A stretch of DNA of 64,000 bases from an uncultured delta proteobacterium (GTDB lineage Bacteria; Desulfobacterota; Binatia; UBA9968). Position 1 is the stretch's first letter; each line of letters begins with the position of its first letter. Position numbers and translations under genes: made by a program. The DNA lies in NCBI GenBank assembly GCA_963760795.1, contig CAVXEP010000018.1:64183-128182 (forward strand). Reading direction: 5' to 3'. Shown in pieces: positions 11,079 to 21,358 of this stretch. The notes beneath the pieces are model-generated. The model searched no databases. It saw only the letters and a list, made by a program, of their open reading frames with translations, and was not told the DNA's origin.

Positions 11079-13010
11079 TTAATCGTCACCCAGCGCCCGG
11101 TAAATCTGCTCGGGCGCCATGCCATCGATCTCGAGCATGAGTCGCGCGCTTTCCGCCGCTGCGCCTGGGCAACGTTCTTGAGCCGTGATCCATGCCGCGA
11201 GCTGCGCCACGGTCGGCGTGGCAAATAGTGTTTTCAATGGCTGGGTCAAGGCAAACAGTTGGTTCACCCGTGCGACAATTGCGTTGGCCAGGAGCGAGTC
11301 GCCGCCAAGGGCGAAGAAATCGTCAGCGCTGCCCAATTCCTCCAACTGCAAGACCTCGCGCCAAAGCTGCACCAGGACGGTCTCCAGTTGGTTCCGCGGC
11401 GCGGCATAAGGAACATCGAGGGCGGCGCGCGAATGGCGCGCCTCCGGCAATCCACGCCGGTCGATCTTGCCGCTGCGGGTCATCGGCAGGCGGGCCAATT
11501 GAACAAACGCGGCGGGAATCATGTAATCGGGTAATTTTTCTTGCAACGCGCCGCGGATTTGACTCACGTTCATGGCGGTACCGGCCCGCAAGACGACGTA
11601 GGCCAATAACCGCGCGCCGCCATCGCGCTGCTGCCGTGCCACCACCGCCGCTTGTACGATGCCGACGATCTCGAGCAAGGCGATTTCAACTTCGGCAAGC
11701 TCGACCCGGTGGCCTCTAATTTTGGCTTGCAAATCTTTTCTGCCGACATGAACCAGACAACCATCCGGCCGCAAATAACCTAGGTCGCCGGAAAGAAATA
11801 TGCGCGCGTCGCTGCCGGCGGGATCGGTTAAGAACTTGGCTTGGGTCAATTCCGGACGACGCCAATAGCCGCTGGCGAGAAAGCGGCTCTTTACCGCGAT
11901 TTCACCGACAGTGTTTGCCGCCACCGGCTTTCCCGCTTCGTCCAGCACGGCGATTTCGTAACCGTCCAAGGCAAAGCCAACCGGCACCACCGGTTCTTCG
12001 ACGATGCTATTCTTGTCGATGAAAAAATAGCTGGCGGTCTTGGTCTCGCTGATGCCAAGCCGGTTGACCAACCGGCAGCCGTCGATGAAGTGTTGCTTGA
12101 ACAACTCGATGTCGGATTGAAACAGCGCCTCGCCGCCGAGATGAACCAAGCGAACACTAGGGAAAGTGGCGTGGTGGTCGACGTTGCGCAGCGCGTGGCG
12201 AAACACACTGGCGACACAAGTGAAGAACCGTGATCTCATCACCGATCAGCCAGTCGGCCAAACCGGCCAGTCCCTCTTCCTTGAGTTCCAACAGACACAG
12301 CGCCGCGCCATTGAGCAATCCCAGGAGCGCATCGGAAGTGGCGCCGACGTTGTGCGAGCGCAGCAGGCTGATGCGATCCGACGGTGTAATTGCCAACGCT
12401 TTGGCCTTGACCAGAATGCTATGCAACTCGCTGCCATGGTCCGACATGACGCCTTTGGGCTCGCCGGTGGAGCCGGAAGTGTAGTTGATATAGGCGATGG
12501 CGCTGGGCGCGATCGCCAACCCGAGATTGCTGTCGGCGAGATCGTCCTTGAGCGCGTCGAGATTGATCACGATAACATCGCCCCCGGCAAGCTCACGGGC
12601 GCAGCGATAGTGCTCGCTGTCGGTGACGATCGCGCGCGCGCCCTGCGTCTTCAATCAGCCGGGCGGCCCGCGCTTGCGGTAGTTTGTCGTCGATCTGGAC
12701 AAACGGCCGGCCGGTCTTGAGCACCGCCAGGTTCGCTGTGATCAGCGCGCTTCCGTGTTTGAAGAGCAACGCGATCGGTTCGTCGCCTGCCGGCGATGCA
12801 GTCAAGATCGCACGGCCCAGCCGGTTCGCCGCGCGATTCAGTTGATCGTAGGTCAGCGCCTGATTCAAAGTTTTCAGGGCGAGGCGCGCGCCATGGAGCG
12901 CCACCTGCTGTTCGAAGCGGCCGGTGAGCGATTGCGCTGCCCCAGAGATACCGCGGGAACAGATTCTCAGACGATCGTTTTCGCTGTGGTTTGGCCAGCC
13001 GTCGAGTCAT
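11079..13010 (-). CDS. NRPS subunit 1: stand-alone A-T loading didomain, frameshifted
   Basis: ORFs 12593..12904, 12157..12654, 11079..12242. Motifs: YTSGSTGEPKG, SGDLG, KIRGHRVE, FFALGGDSLLA. Start position approximate. Confidence 0.85.
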
Positions 13011-13052
13011 GAGCGCTAAAAAACTTTCGGGGATTTTTTCCGGCGGCGACGG

Positions 13053-16000
13053 CTAACGAAACCGAGTTGAATCACTTTCGCCCATAGTCAGGAAGCCAGT
13101 CATCGCCAGAGCGGCGAAAAGTTCCCGCGCGGCGCTCGACTCTTGGCGCGCCTGCTCAAGGTTTCCCGCCACCCCATAGACTTGGGCAAGCGCCGCATGA
13201 CAATGCGCCTGGAGCGGCCGCATCGCCATATCACTGGCAAGACTCAACGCTTCGCGATAGTGCCCCTCGGCCTGCTCGATTTGTTTAACGGTGAGGCGCA
13301 TGGCGATATCGCCGCGCAGCTTGAGCGCCAAAGCGCCATGACCCGGCTCTTTGTGTTGTTTGGATAACTCACAGGCACGATCCGCCAAGACCATCGCTTC
13401 GTCGATGCGATTGGCGCTCAAGTAGGCGTCGCTCAGCCAAGCGAGATTAAGCGCCAAGAACCCAGCCCGGCCCACCGCGGCGGAATCTTCGATGCTTTGC
13501 TCGAGTAGCCGCAACCCTTCAGCCTGACGGCCGGCACGGACATAAGCGTAACCCAGTCGCGGCGCAACCAAGGGCACATAAATCGCGATATGTTTCTCCT
13601 CGCACAGAGTCATCGCCCGCTCCAAGACTGGTATCGCTTCGTGAAAGTCACCCTTGAAAAGATACAGAAAACCGAGACTGGCGTTGACGTGAATCTGACT
13701 CACCGGATGATTCGCCTCATCGGCGATCTGCACGCCCTCGGCGCCGCGCTCCAGCCCTTCGGCAAAATCCCCGGTCATCGCCAAGGATTGCAACAAATGG
13801 CTGCGAAAGATCACCGAAAGAATCACCGTGGTGCCGAAACGTTGGTGGCGCAAAGCCCCCTCGACGCTTTGCATGCCGCTGCGCAGCACCGTCGCGGCGC
13901 GCCCATACTGGGCGACTTTGTTGTAAGCCACTCCGGTGTAGTAACTGGCCACCGCCCGCAATGCGGTGTCCTCTTGGGTGGCCGGCATCGCCAAGGCACG
14001 CTGGCCGGCTGCGATCGCCCGCTCGGGATCGCCGATCAAACCGTAATAACTATTTTGAAAATTGAGCACCCGCGCCAAGCGCCGGCTGTCGCCGATCCGT
14101 TCGGCGAGCGTCTCGGCTTGCGTCAGATGGTCACCGACCCGCGGTAAATCGCCGCGCAGAAACAGCACGTTGCGGCAGTCCAGGTGCAGATCGATGCGCT
14201 GCTCAAGTCGCGCCGCGGTTTCCGGCAGATGGCCGAGCGCTTCAAAGGCGCGGGTATAGTTATCAAAGGCCTCGCCGAAAGCCGAATGGCTCATCGCCTT
14301 GGCGCCCGCTTGGCTCATATAGTCGGCGGCTTTTTCCCATAACTCGCCGCGAAACGCGTGGTCCGCGAGCGCTTCAATCTCGTCGAGCGGATTGCCGCCG
14401 CTTAGCCGCTCGATCGCCGCCGCAGTCTGCGCATGCAGCGCTGTCTTGCGCTCGTGCAATAATGCGCCGTACACCACTTCGTTGATCAACGCGTGGGTAA
14501 ATTTGTATTCCAACTTGGGATATAAGTTGCTTTCATAAAGAAACTCGCCGGTTTGTAAATGGCTCAAGGCGCCGCGCAGTTCTTCTTCCGGCAATCCCGT
14601 GATGCCATGGAGCAGCCGCTCGGGAACGATCATGCCGATGACCGCGGCGCTTTGCAGTAGTTGTTTCTCCAGCGCCGGCAAGCGATCGATGCGATCGGCG
14701 AGAACCGTTTGCACGGTGTTGGGAATACGAATGTTCTCGACCTGCACCCCCGGGCGATAGTTTCCCTTCGCGCCAATCAGAATGCCCGAAGCGGTCAAAG
14801 AGCGCACGCTCTCTTCGACGAAGAACGGGTTACCATCCGTCCGGCTGATCAGCAGCTGTTTGACCGTCGCCAGATCGCCATGAGCGCCCATCAGCGCATC
14901 GAGCAACTCTTCCGCGCCTGCCGCCGTTAATGGATTGAGACGTAAACGGCTGTAGTGCTCTTTATTGGCCCATGCGTGGCTGTAGCCCGGCCGGTAATTG
15001 ACCACTAAGCAGATCCGCCCGCTCGGCAGCCGATCGACTAAAGCGTCGAGAAACGCTTGGGTCTCGCTGTCGATCCAGTGCAAGTCTTCAAAAACTAAAA
15101 GCAGCGGTTTCACGCCACTCGCTTGTAAGAGCACGCGCACTAAAGCCGCCAGGGTCGATGCACGCCGATCCGGCAAATCCATGGCGCGGTAGTTCGCCGC
15201 CGCGACCGCGACCGCCGGGAACGTTTCGCTCCAGCGCGACAGCAAATCGCCCGGCTCGGTCGATGCATCCGGCAGCGCATCCAGCAGCGCCAGTATCGGC
15301 GCCACCGCCTCGCTCAGATTTACGTCAAGTGTCTGCATCTCTTCGGCGACCCGCGAGCGCACAGCATCGGCGTCGTCAGTTTCGTGCAGGTTAAAAAATG
15401 TCCGCAGCAATTCGATCACCGGGAAATAGGGCGTCGCCTTGCCATAGGACACCGACGGCGCTTCAAGCACGCGCCACTCGGAGGAGACGTGATGATCGAG
15501 AAACTGGCGCAGTAAACGGGACTTGCCCATGCCGGCTTCGCCGACCACTGCCAAGATCCGGCCATGACCGGCGGCAGTTTGCGCCAACATTTGCTGGGCA
15601 AACGCAATCTCGGTCCGGCGTCCGACGAAGGGTGATAGTCCACGCGCCTCCGCCGCTTGCAAGCGATTACGCGCCGCGGTGGCTCCGGTCAGTTCAAAGG
15701 CATCGATGGCAGTGGAAAAGCCCTTGACTTGGAGCGCGCCCAACGGCCGCACCACGACGAAACCTTCTACTTCGCGCAAGGTGTCGGCGGTGATCGCGAT
15801 CGATCCCGGCCCCGCCAGGGATTCCATGCGCGCGGCGAGATGCGTCGTTTGCCCGAGCGCCGAGTAGTCGATGTTGAGATCGTTGGTCAGCGAGCGGACG
15901 ACCACCTCGCCGGAGTTGATGCCGATGCCGATCTGCAGCGGCGTCGGCTGGGGCAACGGGCCATCCGTGCCGCCACCACGGCGCAATTCCGCTTGCATCG

Positions 16001-16505
16001 CCAGCGCCGCGTAGCATGCCCGCAGGGCGTGATCTTCATGCGCCAGGGGCGCGCCAAACAGCGCCATGATGCCATCGCCCAAAACTTGATTGACCGTGCC
16101 GTCGTAACGATGCACCGCGGCCATCATGACCCGCAGCACTGGATCGAAATGTTTACGCACCTCCTCCGGATCGAGTTTCTCGATGAAACTGGTCGAACCG
16201 CGGATGTCGGCGAACAAGACCGTCACTCTTTTACGTTCGCCTTCCATGAAGCGGCGCGACGCGAGCATGCGATCCGCGACGTTATCGGTTGTAACGGCTG
16301 CAGCCGCAGCAGCCGGCGCCGCCGCGTTGACTGCATCACCAAGCCGGGCGCCGCACTTTTTGCAGAATTTCGCGCCTCTGCGATTGCTTTCGCCGCATTG
16401 CCCGCAGTTGGCATCGAGCGGCGCGCCGCATGCGTCGCAAAACTGCGCATCCGCCGCGTTGCCATTCTGACAAGCGCGGCAAATTATTCTTGGCTCCTCC
16501 GCCAT
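13053..16505 (-). CDS. Double zinc ribbon-class III adenylate/guanylate cyclase-AAA ATPase-TPR protein
   Basis: Four CxxC pairs, VLFADIRGST, GDGIMALFGAP, Walker A GEAGMGKS, Walker B LLLVFEDLHW, helical C-terminal repeats. Start set at MAEEP. Confidence 0.92.
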   Translation of the reverse strand: MAEEPRIICRACQNGNAADAQFCDACGAPLDANCGQCGESNRRGAKFCKKCGARLGDAVNAAAPAAAAAAVTTDNVADRMLASRRFMEGERKRVTVLFADIRGSTSFIEKLDPEEVRKHFDPVLRVMMAAVHRYDGTVNQVLGDGIMALFGAPLAHEDHALRACYAALAMQAELRRGGGTDGPLPQPTPLQIGIGINSGEVVVRSLTNDLNIDYSALGQTTHLAARMESLAGPGSIAITADTLREVEGFVVVRPLGALQVKGFSTAIDAFELTGATAARNRLQAAEARGLSPFVGRRTEIAFAQQMLAQTAAGHGRILAVVGEAGMGKSRLLRQFLDHHVSSEWRVLEAPSVSYGKATPYFPVIELLRTFFNLHETDDADAVRSRVAEEMQTLDVNLSEAVAPILALLDALPDASTEPGDLLSRWSETFPAVAVAAANYRAMDLPDRRASTLAALVRVLLQASGVKPLLLVFEDLHWIDSETQAFLDALVDRLPSGRICLVVNYRPGYSHAWANKEHYSRLRLNPLTAAGAEELLDALMGAHGDLATVKQLLISRTDGNPFFVEESVRSLTASGILIGAKGNYRPGVQVENIRIPNTVQTVLADRIDRLPALEKQLLQSAAVIGMIVPERLLHGITGLPEEELRGALSHLQTGEFLYESNLYPKLEYKFTHALINEVVYGALLHERKTALHAQTAAAIERLSGGNPLDEIEALADHAFRGELWEKAADYMSQAGAKAMSHSAFGEAFDNYTRAFEALGHLPETAARLEQRIDLHLDCRNVLFLRGDLPRVGDHLTQAETLAERIGDSRRLARVLNFQNSYYGLIGDPERAIAAGQRALAMPATQEDTALRAVASYYTGVAYNKVAQYGRAATVLRSGMQSVEGALRHQRFGTTVILSVIFRSHLLQSLAMTGDFAEGLERGAEGVQIADEANHPVSQIHVNASLGFLYLFKGDFHEAIPVLERAMTLCEEKHIAIYVPLVAPRLGYAYVRAGRQAEGLRLLEQSIEDSAAVGRAGFLALNLAWLSDAYLSANRIDEAMVLADRACELSKQHKEPGHGALALKLRGDIAMRLTVKQIEQAEGHYREALSLASDMAMRPLQAHCHAALAQVYGVAGNLEQARQESSAARELFAALAMTGFLTMGESDSTRFR

Positions 16506-16576
16506 CTTTGCGTATTTAACGCAATTCCAGCGACGGCGCAAAGAGATTGGCCGGTAATAAGAGATTCGCCGCGAAT

Positions 16577-17638
16577 TTAGGATTCTTCGCGATACAGCCG
16601 CAAGGCATCGAACAAAGGCCGGTCGGAGACGGAGAAAAGAATCGTGTCCTCGGAACTGGATGTGTTGAGAAAACGGTGCCAGTGCCAAGTCGGCACATTG
16701 AAGCAATCGCGCTCCTGCCACGTCAAGTCGCTGGCAACGGCGCGCTGCTTGCCGATCATGGCCACTCCCTGACCGCGCACCACGTGATAAACGGTATTGC
16801 CGGTGTGGCGATGCGGCTGCGTCTGTTCGCCGGGACCGAGCAGTTGCATGCGGCAGCTCATCGTCGCCGTAGTCGGACCACCGTCCTGCGGATTGCGGAA
16901 CTCCAACACGGCGCCGTCGAATGGATCGCGCTCTCCCGACAGCGCCAGATCTTTCAATGCGTTATAAGTTTCCGCCCAGCGGTATTTCACCGGAAACGGC
17001 CCCGGCCCATCGAGCACGCCCTGCGCCCGCAGCGGTCCCAGTTGCTTCATGTGAAAGCCGTCAGGTTTGGTGATCGGCTGCGAAAAACTTTCTGGATACC
17101 GCTGGTTTTCCCAATTATCGAGATACTGCATCAGTGCGGTGTCCATGGCGGTAAACCAAATCGCCGGCTCCGATCCGGTATTGGTCGTGCCATGCCAAGT
17201 CCAACTCGGCTGCGTCAGCAAATCCCCCGGCTCCATGAACTGCTGCTCGCCCTCCGCGGTGGTATAAATGCCGCTGCCTTGAATCGCCAAGTAGACTGAA
17301 GTCGCCGTATGGCGGTGCGAGTCGGTCACTTCACCGCCGTTGACATGCTGCAACATGGCGGCAAAAGTGCGCGACACCCCGAGCGGAAGGATATCGGCAG
17401 AGTTGGTCATATGCAGGGTGCGCATGCGCATGACTTCATCGAGCGGCGCCAGTTCCCCGGCTTCGAGCAACAGCGGCGCCATCTCGCTCCAGCGCCATAC
17501 CGATGGGCGAATTTCTTCCTGCTTCACCGCGCCCCGTTCGCGCTGCCATGCGCCGCGCAGAGAGCTTTGCTGGACTCTAGAGTTTAGGGTTTCGAGTCGA
17601 TCGATAAGGACCTTAGAATTAGAAATGGTATCGGCCAT
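16577..17638 (-). CDS. Gentisate 1,2-dioxygenase-like bicupin (paralogue 1)
   Basis: SHRHT...QPSWTWH and PHRHT...VPTWHWH cupin motifs; SDRPL C-terminus. Confidence 0.85.
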   Translation of the reverse strand: MADTISNSKVLIDRLETLNSRVQQSSLRGAWQRERGAVKQEEIRPSVWRWSEMAPLLLEAGELAPLDEVMRMRTLHMTNSADILPLGVSRTFAAMLQHVNGGEVTDSHRHTATSVYLAIQGSGIYTTAEGEQQFMEPGDLLTQPSWTWHGTTNTGSEPAIWFTAMDTALMQYLDNWENQRYPESFSQPITKPDGFHMKQLGPLRAQGVLDGPGPFPVKYRWAETYNALKDLALSGERDPFDGAVLEFRNPQDGGPTTATMSCRMQLLGPGEQTQPHRHTGNTVYHVVRGQGVAMIGKQRAVASDLTWQERDCFNVPTWHWHRFLNTSSSEDTILFSVSDRPLFDALRLYREES

Positions 17639-17715
17639 GATAAACTCCCCGCGAAAAGCGAAACGGCGAACAATTTTTCGCCTGTCGTGAAACCGATCGT
17701 TCGCGAGATTCGCCG

Positions 17716-18861
17716 CTAATTCAAATGAAAAAAGTTCACCGCGTTATCGACCAGCATCTTCTGCTTCTCGTCTTCCGGCACGCCGGAAAAGATGTCGGCG
17801 ATGACCCGCTTGGAATTGGGCCAGTCGCCGGCCGAGTGCGGGAAGTCATTGCCCCACATGATCTTATCGACCCCAACGTCGTAGCGCATGCGCAGACCGA
17901 TGCGGTCATAGATAAATCCCCAATAAAAGTGTTCGCGGAAATAGGCGCTCGGCTCTTTGGCCAACGGTTTCAGGTCAAAGTAACGCTGCATCCAGTGCTT
18001 GCTGCGTTTGTAAACATCGTCGAGCTGATCGTAGTAGTAAGGCAGCCAGCCCATCTGCGTCTCCGCCCAATAGATTCTCAGGTTGGGAAAGCGGTCGAAG
18101 ACACCGGATAGCAATAACTGCACGGCATTCAAACCGCTATTGCCGCCGAAGCGCGTCAGTACCCGGATCGGGTCGCCGCCGAAGGCAACCTCGCCTGGGT
18201 CTTTGTCGTACTTGAACAACGGCCCATCCGGCAGTCCCATCGCCACATGCACCGACAGCGGCATGTTCAGATCCAGCGCCGCGGCGTAGAATCGGTCGTC
18301 CTCCAACGTGGGATAGGACTTGCCGCTCGGAAACGTGTTGAGCATCATGCCTTTCAGTCCGGCCTTGGCGCAGTACTCTAACTCCTTAACCGCAGCATCG
18401 ACGGAATGAGTCGGCAGCGCGCCCAACGCAATCAACCGATCGCGGTTCGCTGCGCAGTATTCTTCGGCCAAGAAGGTATTGTAGGCGTGAACCGTTGCCA
18501 GATAGGCGTCGTCATTTTTGATGCCGCGCCAAAAACTCAGGTTGCCAGCCGATGTGTAAAGAATCTCACCGTCGACGCCGTCCTTGTCCTGCTCTTTTAA
18601 ACGTTGCTCCGGCGATCCCGCCCCTTCCGACCCTTCGTAGCTAACCCCCCTAAGCTCATGCCGCTCATAGGGCTTACCGGCAATCGCCAAACCGACCACG
18701 TAAAGCGGCCGCCCTTCGATGATGATGCCGTCCCCACCGTTGGCGAGTTTGACCAGCCTGGGCGCGCGATCGCGATACTTCGCCGGTATGCGATCAGTCC
18801 AACGCGACGGTGCAATTTCTAAATGTGAGTCGGCTGAGAACAAGCGATACTTACTGGGCAT
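17716..18861 (-). CDS. Amidohydrolase_2 family protein
   Basis: SADSH, GVFDRFP, WGNDFPH. Confidence 0.9.
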   Translation of the reverse strand: MPSKYRLFSADSHLEIAPSRWTDRIPAKYRDRAPRLVKLANGGDGIIIEGRPLYVVGLAIAGKPYERHELRGVSYEGSEGAGSPEQRLKEQDKDGVDGEILYTSAGNLSFWRGIKNDDAYLATVHAYNTFLAEEYCAANRDRLIALGALPTHSVDAAVKELEYCAKAGLKGMMLNTFPSGKSYPTLEDDRFYAAALDLNMPLSVHVAMGLPDGPLFKYDKDPGEVAFGGDPIRVLTRFGGNSGLNAVQLLLSGVFDRFPNLRIYWAETQMGWLPYYYDQLDDVYKRSKHWMQRYFDLKPLAKEPSAYFREHFYWGFIYDRIGLRMRYDVGVDKIMWGNDFPHSAGDWPNSKRVIADIFSGVPEDEKQKMLVDNAVNFFHLN

Positions 18862-18890
18862 GATCTATCTCCCTATGGCTTTGAGAAAAC

Positions 18891-18920
18891 CTTGAACCGT
18901 TGAACCTTGAACTTTGAACG
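18891..18920. repeat. TTGAAC(C/T) short tandem repeat
   Basis: cttgaaccgttgaaccttgaactttgaacg. Confidence 0.65.
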
Positions 18921-18922
18921 AG

Positions 18923-20110
18923 TCAGCGCGGCGTCTGCAACCATTTCTCCGGCTCCAGCCCCGGCCGATCTTTATACTTCGCGGCGATCGCGCGCACTTT
19001 CGGATGATCCGCCGCGGTTATTCTCCCGTCCTTGTAGACGTAGTTCTCGCCGATCTTAAGATTGCCGCCGCGCAATTCTGCAGAGATATGCATCAAGTAG
19101 GGAAACGTCTTGCTGCGCCGGCTGTTGCCCATGTGGAAGTGGAAACTGCTCCAGTGATGGTGCTCGATGAAGTGGCGGTACGGCGCGTTGGGGCACTGGT
19201 GCGGCTCCAGGATCGCCGACGGATGGACGCCGCCGTGAAAACCGCGCACTTCGTAGGCCGCGTCGTCTAAGTATTTTGAAATGAATTGGTAGAAGCGCGT
19301 CAGAGTTTCTGCTTCGGCGCCGCCTTCGAATTTTTTGATCTGGCCTTTTTCGATGAACACTTTCACCGGCTGCTTGAACGGACAAGGCACGCCGATATGG
19401 CGCGCCCAGATCACGCCGATCTCGTTGATGATGCCGACCCCCTCTGCGTCTCGCGCTCGGATCGACGACCAGACGCCTTCGGGAAATGGCCGGTAGACGC
19501 CGATGTCGCGATAGTGCGCGTAGTCGTCCATGTCTTCCGGTTTGACGACATAACCTTCGATGTGCGAACCGTTGGGATGGGTCATCACCCACTTGGCGCC
19601 CGGCACCGCCAGCGCATTAGCCTGGACCCGGATCTCAGAGACCAATTCGTAAGGCGTCAAGCCCCAGTTGCTCGTCAGCAGCGAGCCGGTCGTCGCCATG
19701 TTGCGCGCGTATGGGATGTTGTGCTCTTCGAGAATATCGGCGGTCTCGCGCAGCTCTTCTTCGAAGGTCAGATCGACGGCGTTGCTGATGATGCAGTCGG
19801 CGCCCTTCATGGCGGCGGCGACGATCTTCGGCACACGCCACGCTTTGCCGGGATCGGCGCCCTCGCCCCAAAGCACCATCGGCCGATAAGGAATATCACA
19901 CCACACCACCGTCGCATCGGCGCCGCGCTGGACGATCGCCGAGTGCAGCCACGAGATGGTTTCCGAGTCGACGATATTGACGCCGCCATACATGCCATCG
20001 TTGCCCGCGACCAGCAGCACATTCATCCCCGGCTTCACTTTGGCGCAGTTGTCGACCATGTCGCCGACGGCGATCGCCGCTTGTTTGGGAATCAACGGAA
20101 CAGAGCTCAT
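18923..20110 (-). CDS. NicX/M29 aminopeptidase-fold metalloprotein (2,5-dihydroxypyridine dioxygenase-like)
   Basis: CAKVKPGxxVLL N-terminus, FPEG, IEKGQIKKFEGG, FHFHMGN, MHI...YKDGR layout typical of the M29/NicX fold. Function inferred. Confidence 0.55.
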   Translation of the reverse strand: MSSVPLIPKQAAIAVGDMVDNCAKVKPGMNVLLVAGNDGMYGGVNIVDSETISWLHSAIVQRGADATVVWCDIPYRPMVLWGEGADPGKAWRVPKIVAAAMKGADCIISNAVDLTFEEELRETADILEEHNIPYARNMATTGSLLTSNWGLTPYELVSEIRVQANALAVPGAKWVMTHPNGSHIEGYVVKPEDMDDYAHYRDIGVYRPFPEGVWSSIRARDAEGVGIINEIGVIWARHIGVPCPFKQPVKVFIEKGQIKKFEGGAEAETLTRFYQFISKYLDDAAYEVRGFHGGVHPSAILEPHQCPNAPYRHFIEHHHWSSFHFHMGNSRRSKTFPYLMHISAELRGGNLKIGENYVYKDGRITAADHPKVRAIAAKYKDRPGLEPEKWLQTPR

Positions 20111-20127
20111 GAATATCTCCAAAACAC

Positions 20128-20213
20128 TTGTTCAAAAGTTCAAGGTTCAAGGGTTCAAGGTCAGATCGGACTCGGACACCGATTGAACCTTGGAACTCTT
20201 GAACCATTGAACG
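20128..20213. repeat. Inverted pair of GTTCAAG/TTGAACC tandem arrays
   Basis: gttcaaaagttcaaggttcaagggttcaagg...ttgaaccttggaactcttgaaccattgaacg. Confidence 0.7.
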
Positions 20214-20218
20214 AAATT

Positions 20219-21190
20219 TTATGCAACTTTCGCTTGCACCCTTGCTGCCTCGACCAACGGTTTATACTTGGCGCACAGCCCCTTCCAGCTCTCGGCCTTT
20301 TTCTTCGCCCGTTCGATGGCGGTGTCGGAAAATTTCACGATCGGCGTGCGTGCCGGACCGGGATTGACATAGCCGGCGAATTCAATGGGCAGCTTGGCCG
20401 TGGCGCCTTCGTTGCCGCCTGGTCGCTCGCCGCCGGCGGCGCTCATGATGTCGCCGATGACCGCGATCGCCTCTTGATCCTTGCCGGCGCGAACCAAATT
20501 GCGCAGGTGTAGCACCGGCCACGGTCCCATCCAGGCGTCGATCGACCAGCAGCCCGCCGAGCCCATACGATAGTAGGGAACCATCTGCGCCTGATTGGTC
20601 ATGACGCTGATCTTGCCGCGGATGATTTCCATCAGCCGGAGGAACTCGCGGGTGTCGCGATGGCTGTCCTTCATGCCGACGATGTTCGAACATTTCACCA
20701 AGCGCGGAAACACCGACACGGGAATCTTGACCTTGTGGTTGACCGGATTGTGATAGATCAAAAACGCCAGCTTGGGAAACATCTCGGCGATCTGGCTGTA
20801 GAAGTCCGCCATGAACTCCGGCGACTGCGCGTCATAATAGGGCACGCCGAGCAGCGACCCATCGGCGCCGATGTCCTGGACGAATTTCAAGCGCTCGACG
20901 ACTTCGCGCGCGTTCGGGCTGGTGGCGCCGACGAACAAGGGCACGCGCTTCTTCACCGCGTCGACGGCGGCCGCCGCCAGGGTCTTGTACTCGTCCCAGC
21001 TCAGGTTGTAACACTCGCCAAAACTTCCCGTGGTGGTAATGACGTCGATGCCGTCGCCGATCATCTTGTCGACACCGGCTTTCAAATTATCCACGTCGAT
21101 GGTATTTTTCGCCGTCAAGTCGCCGGCATCTTTGGTTGAAAACGACGGCATCATCGCCATCACGCCTTGGACATCCTTCGCTGTAACCAT
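20219..21190 (-). CDS. DHDPS-family hydratase-aldolase, NahE/PhdJ-like
   Basis: TAKDVQGVMAMMP, TGSFGECYNLSWDE, IGADGSLLGVP, IYHNP, MKDS (Schiff-base Lys). Confidence 0.8.
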   Translation of the reverse strand: MVTAKDVQGVMAMMPSFSTKDAGDLTAKNTIDVDNLKAGVDKMIGDGIDVITTTGSFGECYNLSWDEYKTLAAAAVDAVKKRVPLFVGATSPNAREVVERLKFVQDIGADGSLLGVPYYDAQSPEFMADFYSQIAEMFPKLAFLIYHNPVNHKVKIPVSVFPRLVKCSNIVGMKDSHRDTREFLRLMEIIRGKISVMTNQAQMVPYYRMGSAGCWSIDAWMGPWPVLHLRNLVRAGKDQEAIAVIGDIMSAAGGERPGGNEGATAKLPIEFAGYVNPGPARTPIVKFSDTAIERAKKKAESWKGLCAKYKPLVEAARVQAKVA

Positions 21191-21299
21191 AATGAACCTC
21201 CGTAAAAGTGGGGAATATTTTCTTAACTCATAGCTGGAAACAGTTGCCATTGTAAAGCCCAAGTTGCGCCGGGATTCGACGAATTTGCTACAACCACAT

Positions 21300-21344
21300 T
21301 GAGTTAACGTTATGAACGACTTAAACGGTTTGAACGATTCGAAC
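21300..21344 (+). repeat. 9-bp TTGAACGNY tandem array
   Basis: atgaacgacttaaacggtttgaacgattcgaac. Confidence 0.7.
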
Positions 21345-21358
21345 CCCGGAGGATAAAA

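Noticed and set aside
1-13010. Programmed frameshifting or many small separate NRPS genes
   Set aside because: Breaks fall mid-domain with no consistent slippery motif; indel errors explain them better.
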